A stretch of DNA of 64,000 nt from Nageia nagi (lineage: Eukaryota; Plantae; Pinophyta): contig JBITNC010000001.1 of the NCBI GenBank assembly GCA_050084985.1, positions 72,354,001 through 72,418,000 of the forward strand, given 5' to 3'. The position numbers and the translations under genes were made by a program. The stretch's first letter is position 1. Each line of letters begins with the position of its first letter. A model generated the notes under the pieces. The model made no database searches, was not told the origin of the DNA, and worked only from the letters and a program-made list of their open reading frames with translations. Positions 24,382-37,141 of the stretch are shown in pieces.

Positions 24382-27300
24382 TGTTGGGATGCTTTTCTTT
24401 CATGTGCGGGACACTTTGAATATTGTGGGCGGAACTTAGGAGATCCCAAGCAACATAGTTTGGGAATGCGTGACCAATTCCCTTGGTTAAAAAGGATTGT
24501 GTACCTCCAAGGCTCTTGGCGAAACACCCTGCCCGACGAACCCAACGTCGTGACGTTGTAAGGTTTGTTCGCTTGGTGTGTTTTCTGAATAGGGATAGAT
24601 AAATAAAAAGGTGCGAAATCCCTCTTTGGAATCAGCCTCAATGGAATGGAATGAGAGGTTTGTAGTCTATTAACCAACAATGTTTTATTCTTTGATGTAT
24701 AGAGTTTGTTCGAAACTTTTGTGTGTGGATTTAACGATCAGATTTGGTATGAAAGCATAAAGCAAGCATAAAGAAAGCGTAAAGGCAATACTGTAAAAGT
24801 TGAAGGATGACACCTTGGAGAAAGAAGGGATACTGACGGGAAAGTGTCTAAGAGTTGATCTCTTTCGAATCGGTTAAAGACTCTTCATCCAATTCATCCA
24901 ACCTTACAAGCAAACGACTTAACGTTCGAATTGCTTCTGAAAGGAGCGGGAGGAACGTCAAATGGGTGGAAACGGAAGGTTTCAACATGAGTGGATCATG
25001 GTTTTGGATGAAAGACTTAAAAAGATGTCATAGAAGTAGAAATCTGACATAGAATACCCAATCAACTTGCGTGTTAAGGATTGAGCAACAAGCATAGGTA
25101 GGCTTCAAGCACTTTTAAAGTTTTTTAGAGATAACTTCCCTAAAGCTCATGAGTTTTCAAAGGAATAAAACAAAAGTACACAAACCCACTATGAGTGCCC
25201 TCAAAGAATCAATCAATAACACCAATGTGAAATGTTTGTAACTAAAGTCTTTGCTTTAACCACTTTGTATTAATTTGAAAAGAGTTGTGCAAGGATACAT
25301 CAATTTGCTACTCTCTTACAAAAGTTCTCTCTTCAAGTTTGAAGTGTTTTGCTTCAGAATGAAGTCCTTACAAAAATGAGACCCTTGGTCTCTTACTTGT
25401 AGATTTTGGAAATCCTAAAAATGACTTTTGAAACCCTATAAATGAGTTTCAAAACCCTAACCCTAATTGCAAATTAAAAGCTAATTACAAGCTGATTAAA
25501 AATGCTAAATAAAGATTACAATTGGACTTAGTGGAAATCCACTAACTTAGCCAAATATTTGGCTTACATATCAAAAACTTGCCACAATAGACCCCTTTCT
25601 ATTCTGGCAATTGTGGGAAGATAACTTGCTCGTTTGTGGTGATTTTGGTTTCAAAGTCATCTCCCATGAACGCTTCTACGTTCTTGATGGCATGGTGGAT
25701 TGTCCGGAGGGTTCCTTCATTTGATAGCAGGTTGTCTAGGATGGCCTTATTGGTTTTGACCATTTCTTTGCTCCAATCAGCCAATCTCATCCCTCCTATC
25801 ATCTGTTTTCTTATTTTCAGGTTGTGTGGATCCTCGGAACTATCTGCTCTATGACAGTGGCGTGGATCATTGTCATCACTGTCATATACTTCTTAATGTT
25901 GCTGTTTTCCTCAAACAAGGGTAGTTGGAATTCGTATTACCTTGCCTATTTACTGATGACAACTTTGAGCTGGGTTTTGGTGTATATGAAGTCGAAGGAC
26001 TTGGCTTTGATATAGAACAAGTAATTGTACAGTTGGAACCAATCTATGCAAAAATACAGTACGAAAGGATGATGGGTTGCCCTTCTCCGTAGGTCTAGCA
26101 TTGTAGACTACCCATTCTTCCATCTGATGGTTAATTGGTCTATTTTATCCGCCTGAGAATGTGACCCCTTCTCCTCAATATAAAAATTTACCATGCTTGA
26201 GTGGAGTGCTTTAATGGCCTCAATAAGGTTCTTGGTCCATCCTTGTTTCAGGGCATTGATTCCAGTATTTAAGTCAACCTGCTTTTCGATGTCTTGAATT
26301 GTCAAATTAGCATCCCAGACTTCGTTATCAAGCATTTCCTACCTCATCACTATCTTTTTCAGCTTCCGGTTCTCTAACTTTAATAACGTACCGGATTCCC
26401 TCAATGCCTGTGCATTTGTGATGATGTTGTGCTTCATTCCCAATGGGCTAACAATCTTTGTAGAGGCCTCTTCTCTCTCGATGGTGAGGGCAAACTTTCC
26501 GGTACTAGTTTTGTTTTTCCTTGAGTAAAGCTTGTCCTTGTAGGTGACTTTTTCTTATAGCGGTGATAAAAGTATCAATCTGCTGAAGTTCCTCATTTTC
26601 ATCTTTGGAATCTTCTCCTTCGCGAGGATGATTTGAACTCAAACTGGCCATCACTGCAGCCATGTCAAAGCGGGGTTCCTAAGGTTGTTTTTCGTAGGAA
26701 ACCATCTCTCCGTCTTTGATGATTTCGATGTCATGCTCTACTTGTTTTCTTTTTCTCCTCTGTCCTTCATTTTCTCCCTCATCCTCCTGATTTCCATCAT
26801 CTCCCCTGAAGATGATGCCATGGTCCTGGGTCTTGAAGTAACCTTCTGAGCTTATGTTGTTGTGGTCCTCCAAGATGGTGTGTTTGCGATGCCAGTTTTT
26901 GAGGAGCGGAATTTGGAGTATTTGTTCCTGTTGCTTGTACAATTATATCGACTGAGGGATTGCCTTCGTTAAGGATCTCTACTGAATGATCAGTGGTGAC
27001 CCGCTTAAAGGCAGTATATTTGTTTATCTCCATTTTGGTGTTGATGATTGCTACAAAATCCATCTCTTCATTGGTCTCTGATGAGTCACTTGGTCCATAT
27101 TTATCGGAATTGGATGATGATGTGCAGGGGTTTTGATTCAGGCGCATACCATTCCGATTCAAACCTTGCGGGAGATTTATCTTTTTTTGCAAGTGTTTGA
27201 ATGGTTGAGTGATCAGGCCTGCTCTTCTGAGGTCTAGGATTTCATTCCTCATACTCGTGATAGTTATTTCAATGGTTTGTCTGGGGATGCTATTGGTAGC

Positions 27301-30300
27301 ATACTGCCCATTCTGTCCTTGAGCCAGGGTTACCGAAGGGGATATTATGAGAATAACATACTTGTGGCTCGGGGGTACAATGATCCGTGCATTGGCTCTT
27401 AACCCGGTAGCTTCTTCGGCTTCATGCTGTTTTTGTTCTTTTTTCAGCTCCTTGTGAATTCGTTGAACGTGCAAGGTGTCTTGAATGTTCCTGTACCTCT
27501 CGATGCTACCAAGGGACTGGTGTGGGTATGATGAGCTCCAAGTCTTCTACAAGAATGCATCAATCATTGCATCGGGATCATAGTAATCTGTCAGCTACTT
27601 CTATCAGGAATTCATACAACTCCAGTGCTTGTTTGATCACTTCAATTTGTCGCTAGGTGGTGCATTCATAATTCCTGATGACAATAGGTGATTGGTAAGT
27701 GGTCGCCGCTTTCTTTACCTATATCTTGTCATGTACATTTAGCATCTTGGAAATTCCACAAGGATGATATGATCACTTGGATAATGGGTAGCCTGTAAGG
27801 GGCTTCGTTGGAGCCATAGACCCTGAGGTAGGTGACTTCTATGTCTTCGGCAAAGAAGTCCGCATGTCCCTTGATAGCGGTAGCAACCTCTTTGGATATT
27901 CTGTATATGTTGGCTCTGCCTAGGATTTCTTCGTAAATTTTGCCTTCAAAACGATCGGTTCATCATCGTCTAGTTTCTAGTATTCCATTTATTATGGCAT
28001 AAAAACCGAGGGTAATTTTCCCACACTAGATGTGTAGGGTTGTACGTATACTGGGTATTGTCAATTGAAGTTACCCTTTCCCTACCATGAGGGAGTAGGA
28101 AAACTAGGTAGGATTTCATATAGAATTTCTTGCTCCTCTAAATGTGTTTCAGTTGCTGAGCCAAGGAATCACTAATTACTTTGCTCCACCTAACACCTTT
28201 ACCACTACTGATTAGCTCTATAAACCCCGCAAATTCCGGCCAAAATTTGCTATCATCTTTCTGTTGTCACTTGGAAAGCATGGATATTAGTCTAGGAGAC
28301 TACTGGATAGAACTCTCCTTTATTTGGCGTTGCTAAGGCTCTCCTGTGAGATGCTTGCGGTCATTGGCCAACCAATGTCTGATCAAATAAACTGTAGGTT
28401 TCAAACCCTTGTAGAACTTCAAGGAGTCTTGCATGCTGTATGATAAGCCTTCACCTTTCCATGTGAATGCCCTTTCTATTCCTTCCTTAGAGAAGTCCAT
28501 GATTACCTCGTTTCTTCTATTAGGAGTCTCCGCTTTCAGATGTCGCAATGCTTTCCTAGCTTCGTAACATAGCTCAGGGAAGGGGGTTTCAAATGGCACC
28601 ATAGAAGCTGATAGTAATAAGGAAGTTTTCAAGGTGTCCTTCACTATCGAAAGTTGGATCCAATGTATGTATTTTCATTAGAGTTTTAATTGGATTGAGG
28701 GAGTTACAATTGTATCTCCGATCTCACTCATTGGTCAATGATTCTTGCGATGGGCATCACGGACTCTGACGTATGTTCAAGACTGATAAGACTGTCCATC
28801 GTGAGCCTTTTTTGCTTTCTGTCTTTGATATTCTAGCAACTAACGCCATCTTGTCCGGTCTAAGAGAACAACACAGTGTTAGAGGAGTCTTGGGAAGCTT
28901 GTGGCACTTTCAAGGCAAGCTAAGAGAATTTTTCAAAAATTGGATTTTGGGCATTTTTTTCTCTTGTGTGCCATCATCAAAAAATATCAAGGTTTGCAAT
29001 TTTCAAAGCCTTTGGGTGAGTTTAAGGTGACACAAAGGGAGCTGCCTCAAAGGGTAATGCCTTGGCAAAAATCTTGGATGATTGGAGAATTTTCAAGTTT
29101 TTCTCAAAAAAAGTTGACTTTTTCAATAGGAAAAAGTGGTGAAATTGTGCAAAATTGGCAAATGGTGCCGGAATCAAGTTCTAACAACTTGGATGGGGAA
29201 GGAATGGGGAAGGTGTTTCAAACTTTGAAACGGACTTCAGAAACAATTTTTGGAGTTTTCTGAAATTGTTTTGGATTTTTTTCAAGAAATGAGGATATTA
29301 AGCACTCAGATCTTGGATCTTATGAATTTTTTTGTTTTTTTAGCTGAAAATAAAAGTTGATCACATGGATAAAGGGTATCCAAAAAAGTGATCAAATTTG
29401 AAATTTGGAAAAAAAATAAATTTTCAAGTGTTTGAAGGTTTGAAAAATGAGTTTTTGTGAAAAAAATCCTCAAAACTTGGAGAAAATGGAGTTCATGTGG
29501 ATGGAGGATGCTTGGACTTCGAATTTGAATGGAGTTTGTGGAAGTGGCAAGATACTAAGTGTTTGAAAAATCCTCCAAGGTTGGAAAAATGTCTTCTTTT
29601 CTCACTTGGCGCTCAAATCTCAAAAATTTGGGCAGCATAAAGGTGCAAAAATGAGAGTGAGCAAAAAGGAGGGGGTATGCTTATATGTATAGGTCTAGGG
29701 GTGTCAAAAGTGCCACATGTCACTTCCTATCAACCTTGGAGTTTAACACTTGCACTTTGGACTATTCTCTCTCAAACCCAACATTGGAAATCATGAGAAA
29801 ACTTGGAAAAAAGTCAAAAGCTGCGCCTAGATGGGAAAGGAGCAGATTTGGTGCAATGGGGGAGGTCTTGGAAGCAAAATGATGGCCTTGGAATGCTCTA
29901 CAACCTCCATGCTTCAGATTTGGGTTTTGAATTTTGAGATTTTTGAAGGAAAATCCAAATTTTTTGAGTTTTCTCAGCCCTTAGATCCTTTTTGGATGCA
30001 AAAAGTGGTTTTTAGGAGTTTGTGTGAACCAAATTGCACAAATGATAGATCAAAATGGTGTAGAATCACACCATCTACCTTATAGAAATGAAAAATTGCA
30101 ATTTTGGGCCTTTTAGGGTTCAAGGGGGCTATGTGCAGTTTTAGGATGTTTTAGGCAAGTTTTGAAAAATGAAAAAAATGGGGGATAACTTGCAAAACCA
30201 CGCCTACCTTTTAGGGGGGGAAATTAGTTTTTGAGCAAATTTGCAAGAGGCAAAGATGCTTGCATTTGGATTTTGAACCCAACCTTTCTTTCCAATTTTG

Positions 30301-32321
30301 TTTTTGGGATTTTTGAAATTTCTTGGAAAATTTTGGAGCTCTCCTGATTGGCCGATCCAAATTTTGGGATTTTGAGAGAGTTGATCAACTTTTTTCGAAA
30401 AACTTAAAACATGAAAGAGATGCAAAGTTGGATTTCCCATACTCCTAGGATCAAAATTTTTGATTTTTGAGGAAACATGAGGGCTTGCAAGCTAGGGTAG
30501 GTTTAAGGGGCTTTGACATGTTTTTTGGAAATTTAGAAGATGGGGGAAACAAGCCAAAACTGACCGCCTAGCTTTTTGATGGGGTAAACTTGATTTTTTT
30601 GCAACATTGCAAGAGGAAATGTTGATCTCCTTTGAATTTTGCACCCTACATCACTTTTCTTTTTTTATTTAACCATTTTGGAAAATTTTGAGCCCTCTCA
30701 TTGGTCAATCGAAATTTGATGATTTGAGGAGGTAGATTTCATTTTCTTAGGAAAGTCAAATCATGAAACTTGTGTGGAATCCCATCTTATACCCTTGAAG
30801 GTCAAATTTTCAATTTTTTTCAAATTTGGGGCACAAGAAGGGTAGGCGCAGGTTTTAGGATGTTTGGGGTGTTTTGAAGATTTTAAAAAATGAGGAAAAC
30901 ACCTAAAACTAGCGCCTAGCTCTAGGAGGGTCAAAATTTGCTCAATTTCAAAAATTCCAGGAGGAAAGGTGCCTAATTTTTGATTTTCCACCCTACTTCA
31001 TTCTTAAATTTACATTTTTGACACTTTTGGGAATATTGGAAATCTTGGAGCATTTTCATTGGCTGCCTTTTTGCTCATTTTCCCATTTTTCTCATTTTCG
31101 ATGGAGCAAAACTCATCCAAATCGCGAACTTGAAAGACCAATTTGATGTAGAATTGTGATCCCCACGCTCCTGAGATCAAAAATTGCTATTTCGGATCAA
31201 TCTGGGCCTCCCAAAAGGTAGGCGCAGGTTTTGAGGGGAATAGGCTATTTTTTGAAATTTACTAAGTGAGGGAAAACTTGCAAAAGTCCCCCCTAACTTT
31301 TCGGAGGTCAAAAATCAATTTTTTTTGAAATTTCCAAGAGTAGAGTGGCCTTAATTTGTCATTTGGCACCACATCTCTCTCTCGGATTTTAATTCTGAGC
31401 ACTTTGGAAAAAACTCTATTTTCGGCTCAAATCGAAGCTTTTCAGAGGCCAAAACGCTCATTTCTTCATCTTGGCCCACAAGGGTGCTCAAACTTGTTTT
31501 CCTTATTCATTCCTGGCTATACTGTATATTCCTTACCTTCTTCGTCTTTTGCATTTCCGGCATTTTCGGGCTCTAAGTATGAATTTCGACCATTTTTGGC
31601 TTTTTCGAACATTTCCTATCTCGAACGGTGAAAAAAGGTTATTTTCAGCAGTTTCGGTATTTCAAGCTCAAAGTCTTTATTTTGGCCTTTCCAAACTCAA
31701 GATATGCAAAAAGCCTCATTTCTTGCCTTTCCGGGCATTTTCAAGCATTATGAGCTGAAACTTGCATTTTTGGTCATTTTCGAGTTTTTCGGGTTCAAAT
31801 CGTGCAAAAACGCACATTTTCAGCATAGTGACCACTTCCAAGCTCAAAATTGACCAAAATGCGCTTTTCCATGCTATTGACCATTTTCTGGCTCCCCGTG
31901 CTCAAAATTGACAAAAACATGCATTTTTGTCATCTTAACTGTATCCACTGCTTTTAGGCTCAAACTCGATGAAAAATGCACCTTTTGTCGTCTTGGCGCC
32001 TTTGTTGCTCAACTTTTCCAAAATGACACTTTTTTTGCCTTGATGGCCATTCGCTCAAAACTCCACTGTTTGGTTGCTGTCGCAATCCAAAACTTCGTCC
32101 TCTAAGATACTGCTCGAGACTAAGCCCTGACTTGGCCACTGGTTGAGTTGAATTGTTTCCATGACTTCGAGGCATGCTCGTGCATTGTTTGATCAATTCG
32201 CCATTTTGTGTATCCATATCGGTCATAAGTTGATCATGCCTAGACAATGTTGCTCATTGCTGTTTGAAAAAATTAGATCCTCAAAATGTTGCTACTTGGA
32301 GTGTGTTATGTGGGTGCAACA
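24382..32321 (-). mobile_element. Giant TG..CA element, copy E3 (7.9 kb), nested in the ORF of E2
   Basis: Minus strand starts tgttgcacccacataacacactccaag and ends aaaagcatcccaaca. TSD acaat/agaac (3 of 5 match), and excision restores the host reading frame exactly. Confidence 0.85.
25599..28849 (-). pseudogene. Family ORF of E3, decayed, ~1080 codons
   Basis: SMVPFETPFPELCYEA, VIMDFSKEGIERAFTW, HVQRIHKEL, KYVILIISP and WTKNLIEAIK; colinear with the E4 ORF. Confidence 0.8.
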
Positions 32322-35031
32322 AGAACCAGTGTAGAGTTGGGGCGGACCTGGCTTCCATGATAGATGAGTTGGGAAGGTACAAATTCGAGAAGATGCTGAC
32401 TGTTAATCACTATGACCCTGAGCACCGAATCCATGGCTTCTATATGGAGAGGAAGAGAGCCTATGAGCATAGGCCACTTAGAGATGAGGAGCCGTTTTGA
32501 AATGTCAGCATTGAAGTGGAAGTGAATTCGTGCCAAGATGCAAGAGGAGGCTCAGAAGCAACAATGGGAAGTAGAAGCATCAATTCATAAGAAGTTGTCC
32601 TGATCTCGGGGAAGGAGACCACAAGAATCTACCTCTAGGGTCACCCAGTTTCCACTAACGATTGAGGAACCCATTGGGCAAAATGCGTCCATGCATGGGA
32701 AGGTTCCCGTTGAGCAGGTAGCACAATAGGTAAGGAAGACATTTGATGAACATGATGTGAGGGAATTGGAGCATGTGGCCACCAACAAGGAACTGAGATG
32801 TGCGAGAAACCAGAGACCCGATTCGTCTCCACCCAAAGGCCAGCGAGGACAATAGTGTCACGTCCGTCTTAGACCATTCCATGATGAGGGTCAAAGTCCT
32901 CAAGCGATTTATATGAAGACCATGGCACTCCTCATGAAGAACAAGAAGATGGACAGCGAGATGATGATCGACAGAGTATGCTTGAAGAGGGGGAGTATGA
33001 GAGCATTCCGAAAGATGAGTTAGATGAAGGGCCAGGAGATGAGCATGCAGCTAGTACTATTCTTGAAAGAGACATACCGGATGCATAGGGTGAGGAAGAA
33101 CCGTCATTGGAGATCTTGAAGGAAGTCCATAACCACGCGACTTCAGTACCTTCAACATCTGAAAGGAAAGACCAAGATCCTACCTCGAAGTCAATACCAA
33201 GAAGAGCCCAACTGAAGAGAGGGTCTCAGTCCAGATTGTCAACAACACTCGAGGAGATTGCGGGGCAGAATGAAAGATCTTTTAAGAAGATCCAAGCAAC
33301 ACCGTCACCATCACCGAAGCAGTGGGGTGTAGACATGGACGAGTGCCTCAATGTCTTCAACATGGACATGGGGGATTGATAATTTGACAACTTAATAGAA
33401 ACTTTGCTGTGCCGAATTTCTCTTAAGTGTTAAAAGTGGTGTATGTGGATGCTATTGTGATTATGTACTTGTTCATGTTGGAATAGTGGATGTGAATGAA
33501 TGTTAGATAGTGCTATCTATGTTTATTCTATCATTGCTTGATATTAGTTCAATTGACTTGGTGCATCTCCTAAACTTCATTGAGGTCTATGAGAGCTTGC
33601 TTGCTTATCTTAAGAAGTAGTTGATTGGTATCTCGTGGATGATCTTTCACTATTTGCAGTATTTGGTTGGTAGTCTTGGGATGTCTCACTAACATTGTTC
33701 GTTGTCGGAACTTCATCCCGTTCCTTTTGTCTTACCTCGATCCCATCCTATCTCATTGCCCTAGCTTCACGCTCCATCTACTCAGCTATTCGTGTTGTTG
33801 GCTGGTGGATTGGATAGTGGGTGCCTAGAACCTGCATTGAACCCAAGTGAGTTGGCTTCCAAGAGTCTTTACCAATCCCGTGAGCTTGTATGCCCACTCT
33901 CACATCCTGTCCCTACAGTCTTTCCACCATCTTTTCTTTCTTTATTTTCTTTTATTTTACACTCTCTTTTCGCAATTTTCCCACCCCCAATTTTCCCTTT
34001 TCAGCATTCAAGAAACAACCTTGATAAAGCCCAGACGCAAAACTCAAAGTCCCTTGAATTCACACATGATATTGATGTTGGTGGCAGCTCTAAACATCTC
34101 AACCGTCTCCTGGGTTATCCTTACATAGTCCACGAAGCCAACCTTTGCGGTAACTACTCCCCATAGCGGGAGGGAGTAATGTCCCTCTACCTGAGGTGTT
34201 GGCGTTTCTCCCACTACTTTCGGGTAGGAAAGAAAAACACCCCAACTGTTCCAACTGTCTAAAAGGCTGAAAATATCATGTGAACATGTATGATGGCAAA
34301 TGTACCAATTGTCCTCATTTTCTTTTGCAATTTTTCTGATTTTTAAATCAGATTTATTGGCTACAAAAAAGTTGGAATTTTGCACCATTCTATCCACATA
34401 TAAGACTTCAAAAGTCCACTCCAAATACCAAAACTGAATCAGCAATTTGTAAATCCATCAAAGCCACAAAAAGAAGTGAAAAGATGCCACGTATGGCTAT
34501 GAAAAAGTATCTCCTTTTGCAATGTTCCATGTGAGAAGTGTTCTACACCACCTACCATGCATCCACATGAGAAAAATCAACATTTTATTTGAAGGAACCA
34601 TGGCTGTAGTAATTTTACCTTTACATAGCAGAATATATGAAATGTCAAGTGATTGTCCTCCTCCCATGAGATGAGTATGAAACATGTACCATGGCTGAAT
34701 ATGCTTGTGCTTCTCTCCTCCAAAAGAACTCTTACCATATATGAAAAGAATTCTTGGATCCCATGCATTTAAAGGTTGATCACAATTCTCAAGTGCAATT
34801 GATCTTTCCCTCACAAAACTCTTCACACAAGGAAAGCTAAGGCCATTATGATCACAATTATTTAAGGGCTTAATTTGGAGTTCTAACCCATATCTCTCCA
34901 AACTTTCACAAACTGAAAATTCTTCAACACCCATTTGTATCTTTCCCATAAAGTATGCAAAAAACAAATCTGAAACATTCTCTAACTCTTTTCCCAAATC
35001 ATGAGCATCATGTTTCTCATTGAATTCATTC

Positions 35032-35544
35032 TCAACATGTGTAGGTATAAATGTACAAAAGAAAGTATTTTGGTTCTCTTTTTTGATATACCGTAAGTGG
35101 GAGATGAGCATCTCTATCACGAATCTCTTGAGTGAAATCAATCATGCTAGATGAACCATGCTCCATTGCTAAAATGTCTTCAATACCTACATTTTCTTCA
35201 AAATTTTCTGTTTGGCCCTTTTCCTCTTTTTCAATGGTAGGAACAACTTCAAAATTTTTTGCACAATTCTCCTCAATCTCTTCTTTTTGATGGAAAATTT
35301 CAGCTTTCTTTGCTTTTCCCAAAGTTGATAAACCATCTTGACCATTAAAGATGGAAATGGTCATTTTCTGTTGCAATTGTCTTTTTTCCCTCTTAGGTTC
35401 ATTGGTTCCATTTTGTTGCATGCTTGCCCTTTTTAATGTCACTATCTCTTGCCTATTTGCTTCCTCTAATGTCACCATTTTTTGCATCAAAGCAGTCATT
35501 GCATCCAACTTCTGCTCATTCTCTTTTCTCCTGAATAGTTCCAT
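35032..35544 (-). pseudogene. gag-like N-terminal ORF of element A
   Basis: First substantial ORF after the PBS. Coiled-coil start followed by KMTISIFNG, resembling the gag K-x-T/x-x-P-x-FDG motif; gag similarity is then lost. Confidence 0.45.
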
Positions 35545-36310
35545 GGTCCACTCTTAGCAAACATCAACCTTCAAAACCCTATTTGTGCAATTCCTGAAAA
35601 ATAGGTCATAAATCATAGGAAATTCTAGATTTCATATCAACAAAAATTTCAACATCTTTTTCTGAAGGTGGCAATGAGAAGTAGAGCTTAATGTGTTTTC
35701 AAATTTACCCTACAAATACCTCCAACTGACTAAAACTTCAAAAACGTCACCTTCCTATTTTTCCTTTGAAAAACCCTTCTAGAAGCTTAAAACGGCATGC
35801 AAAGCGCTCAAAAATGCTCCTAAGGGTCGGGTACTTGACTTAGCATATTGAATCTGATTCTAAGAGTCCAAAATCCACCCTAAATGACCTCCTCAAAATA
35901 GGGTTTCCTGATATGGATGAATTTGAGGTTTCTTTTTCTACAACCAATCAAATCACAAAAAAACCCTAAATCTGAAATTTCTGAAATCTTACCCAAAATT
36001 TTTTCTAAAATCATAGATTTGCAATTTGGCCAAAACGTATCCAAATTTGCAATTTTTAATTTTAAAAAAAAATCCCTAAAAATCTGCGATCCCTAAAAAT
36101 CCGCGATTTTCACTGGGGCATAAATTTTCACCACAGAAAAACACATTTCAACATGAATTTGAAATACCCACAAAATTTTTTTGAAAGCCCTAATTTTTTT
36201 GAAAACCTTAATTCTGAAAAACTCTAAAATTGAGATACCCACAACTGCCAAAACTTAGAAAAAAATAGACACTAACGATAGGCTGGCAAGATTCCAGCTC
36301 TGATACCACT

Positions 36311-37105
36311 TGTAATGTCCCAAAAATGGAATTACAAAAATACAAGTATAGAAAAAATACAGAACTGAAATATTACTCAAAAGACACCCAAGAATGAGTA
36401 ATAACTAGCCAAGAGAATATATTAAAAATATTGCAAGACAATACATGCGCTGGAATAACCAAGGGCATCCACAAAATAACATCAAAATGCAGATATAACA
36501 CCTCCAAAATGCCACGAATCTCCTTGGGACTATTTTTGTGTTTTTAGGGCAATCACACCTTCAATGAAATTGCCAAAGATCCCAACCATGCACCTTCAAT
36601 GCACTTTGGGGTGAGCAAGACCTTCAATCTTCACTCAAGGAAACTCAAGGGTTTCGGATTTCAATTTCAATAATATCAATAACATACCCAAAATGGAGCG
36701 TTGCATCTCCTTATATAGACTCCATCCCTAATCTTGCATTGACCCCTGTAAGCTAATTTAAGCCATTGATTGGCTTTATTACAAATAAAAGTACTTAAAA
36801 TAACATTAGAATAACATAAAAGCTTATTATATTCCAACATTGCATTTTTAAGTAGAAATCCACTAAGTTAAGTGGATTTTTGTGTGTGGGCACGATATGG
36901 AAAACTGGTCCCACTGGTGAACTTGAAGTAGCCATAACTCCTTCGTTTCTTATCCAAAAGGGATCATGTGACCACTTAAAACAAATGCCATGAGATGCTC
37001 TATCCAATTCTGAAAGTGCAACAACCATATTTGACTTGTAGAAGAAGAGATTTGTGGAAAATCCCAAATACAAGATATTCTCAAAAATAAAATAAGGTCA
37101 TTACA
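36311..37105 (-). repeat. 5' LTR of element A
   Basis: TG...CA termini; followed on the minus strand by PBS TGGTATCAGAGC. Confidence 0.9.
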
Positions 37106-37141
37106 CCCTGGGAGAACTTACCTCTTAAGCTGAATTGTCAC

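Larger units (their letters stand above)
23202..33379 (+). pseudogene. Family ORF of E2 (23202-24381 joined to 32327-33379), decayed
   Basis: IGDTDWQNVDP, VIMDFG, MLSRVLGKEDASKFWKEF, IKWSKVLSD, FHLNSYLIYLL, LPRYVSNRMLLMEMMRQL. The frame rejoins as IVGDN-QCRVGAD after E3 is removed; then YDPEHRI and HRPLRDEE. Confidence 0.82.
21612..34247 (+). mobile_element. Giant TG..CA element, copy E2 (~4.7 kb native length, interrupted by E3)
   Basis: Starts tgttgtgcctacacaactcaccccaaaa, ends aaaacaccccaac(t). Perfect TSD GTTCC (21607-21611 and 34248-34252). No internal direct repeat. Confidence 0.88.
12067..37105 (-). mobile_element. Non-autonomous LTR retrotransposon A (LARD-like, chromovirus-type termini) with three nested giant elements
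   Basis: LTRs at 36311-37105 (5') and 12067-12862 (3'). PBS TGGTATCAGAGC at 36297-36308; PPT GAGAAGGGCGGACT at 12863-12876. Imperfect TSD ccttt/ccctg, whose removal restores element B's gag frame (SPR-VTIAHASP). No RT, RH or IN seen. Confidence 0.85.

Noticed and set aside
24382-25586. A conventional 1.2-kb 3' LTR preceded by a PPT-like agaaaggggtcta
   Set aside because: No partner LTR exists. The TSD and host-frame restoration place the other boundary at 32321, and the E4 homolog has its TSD around the whole 5.6-kb unit.
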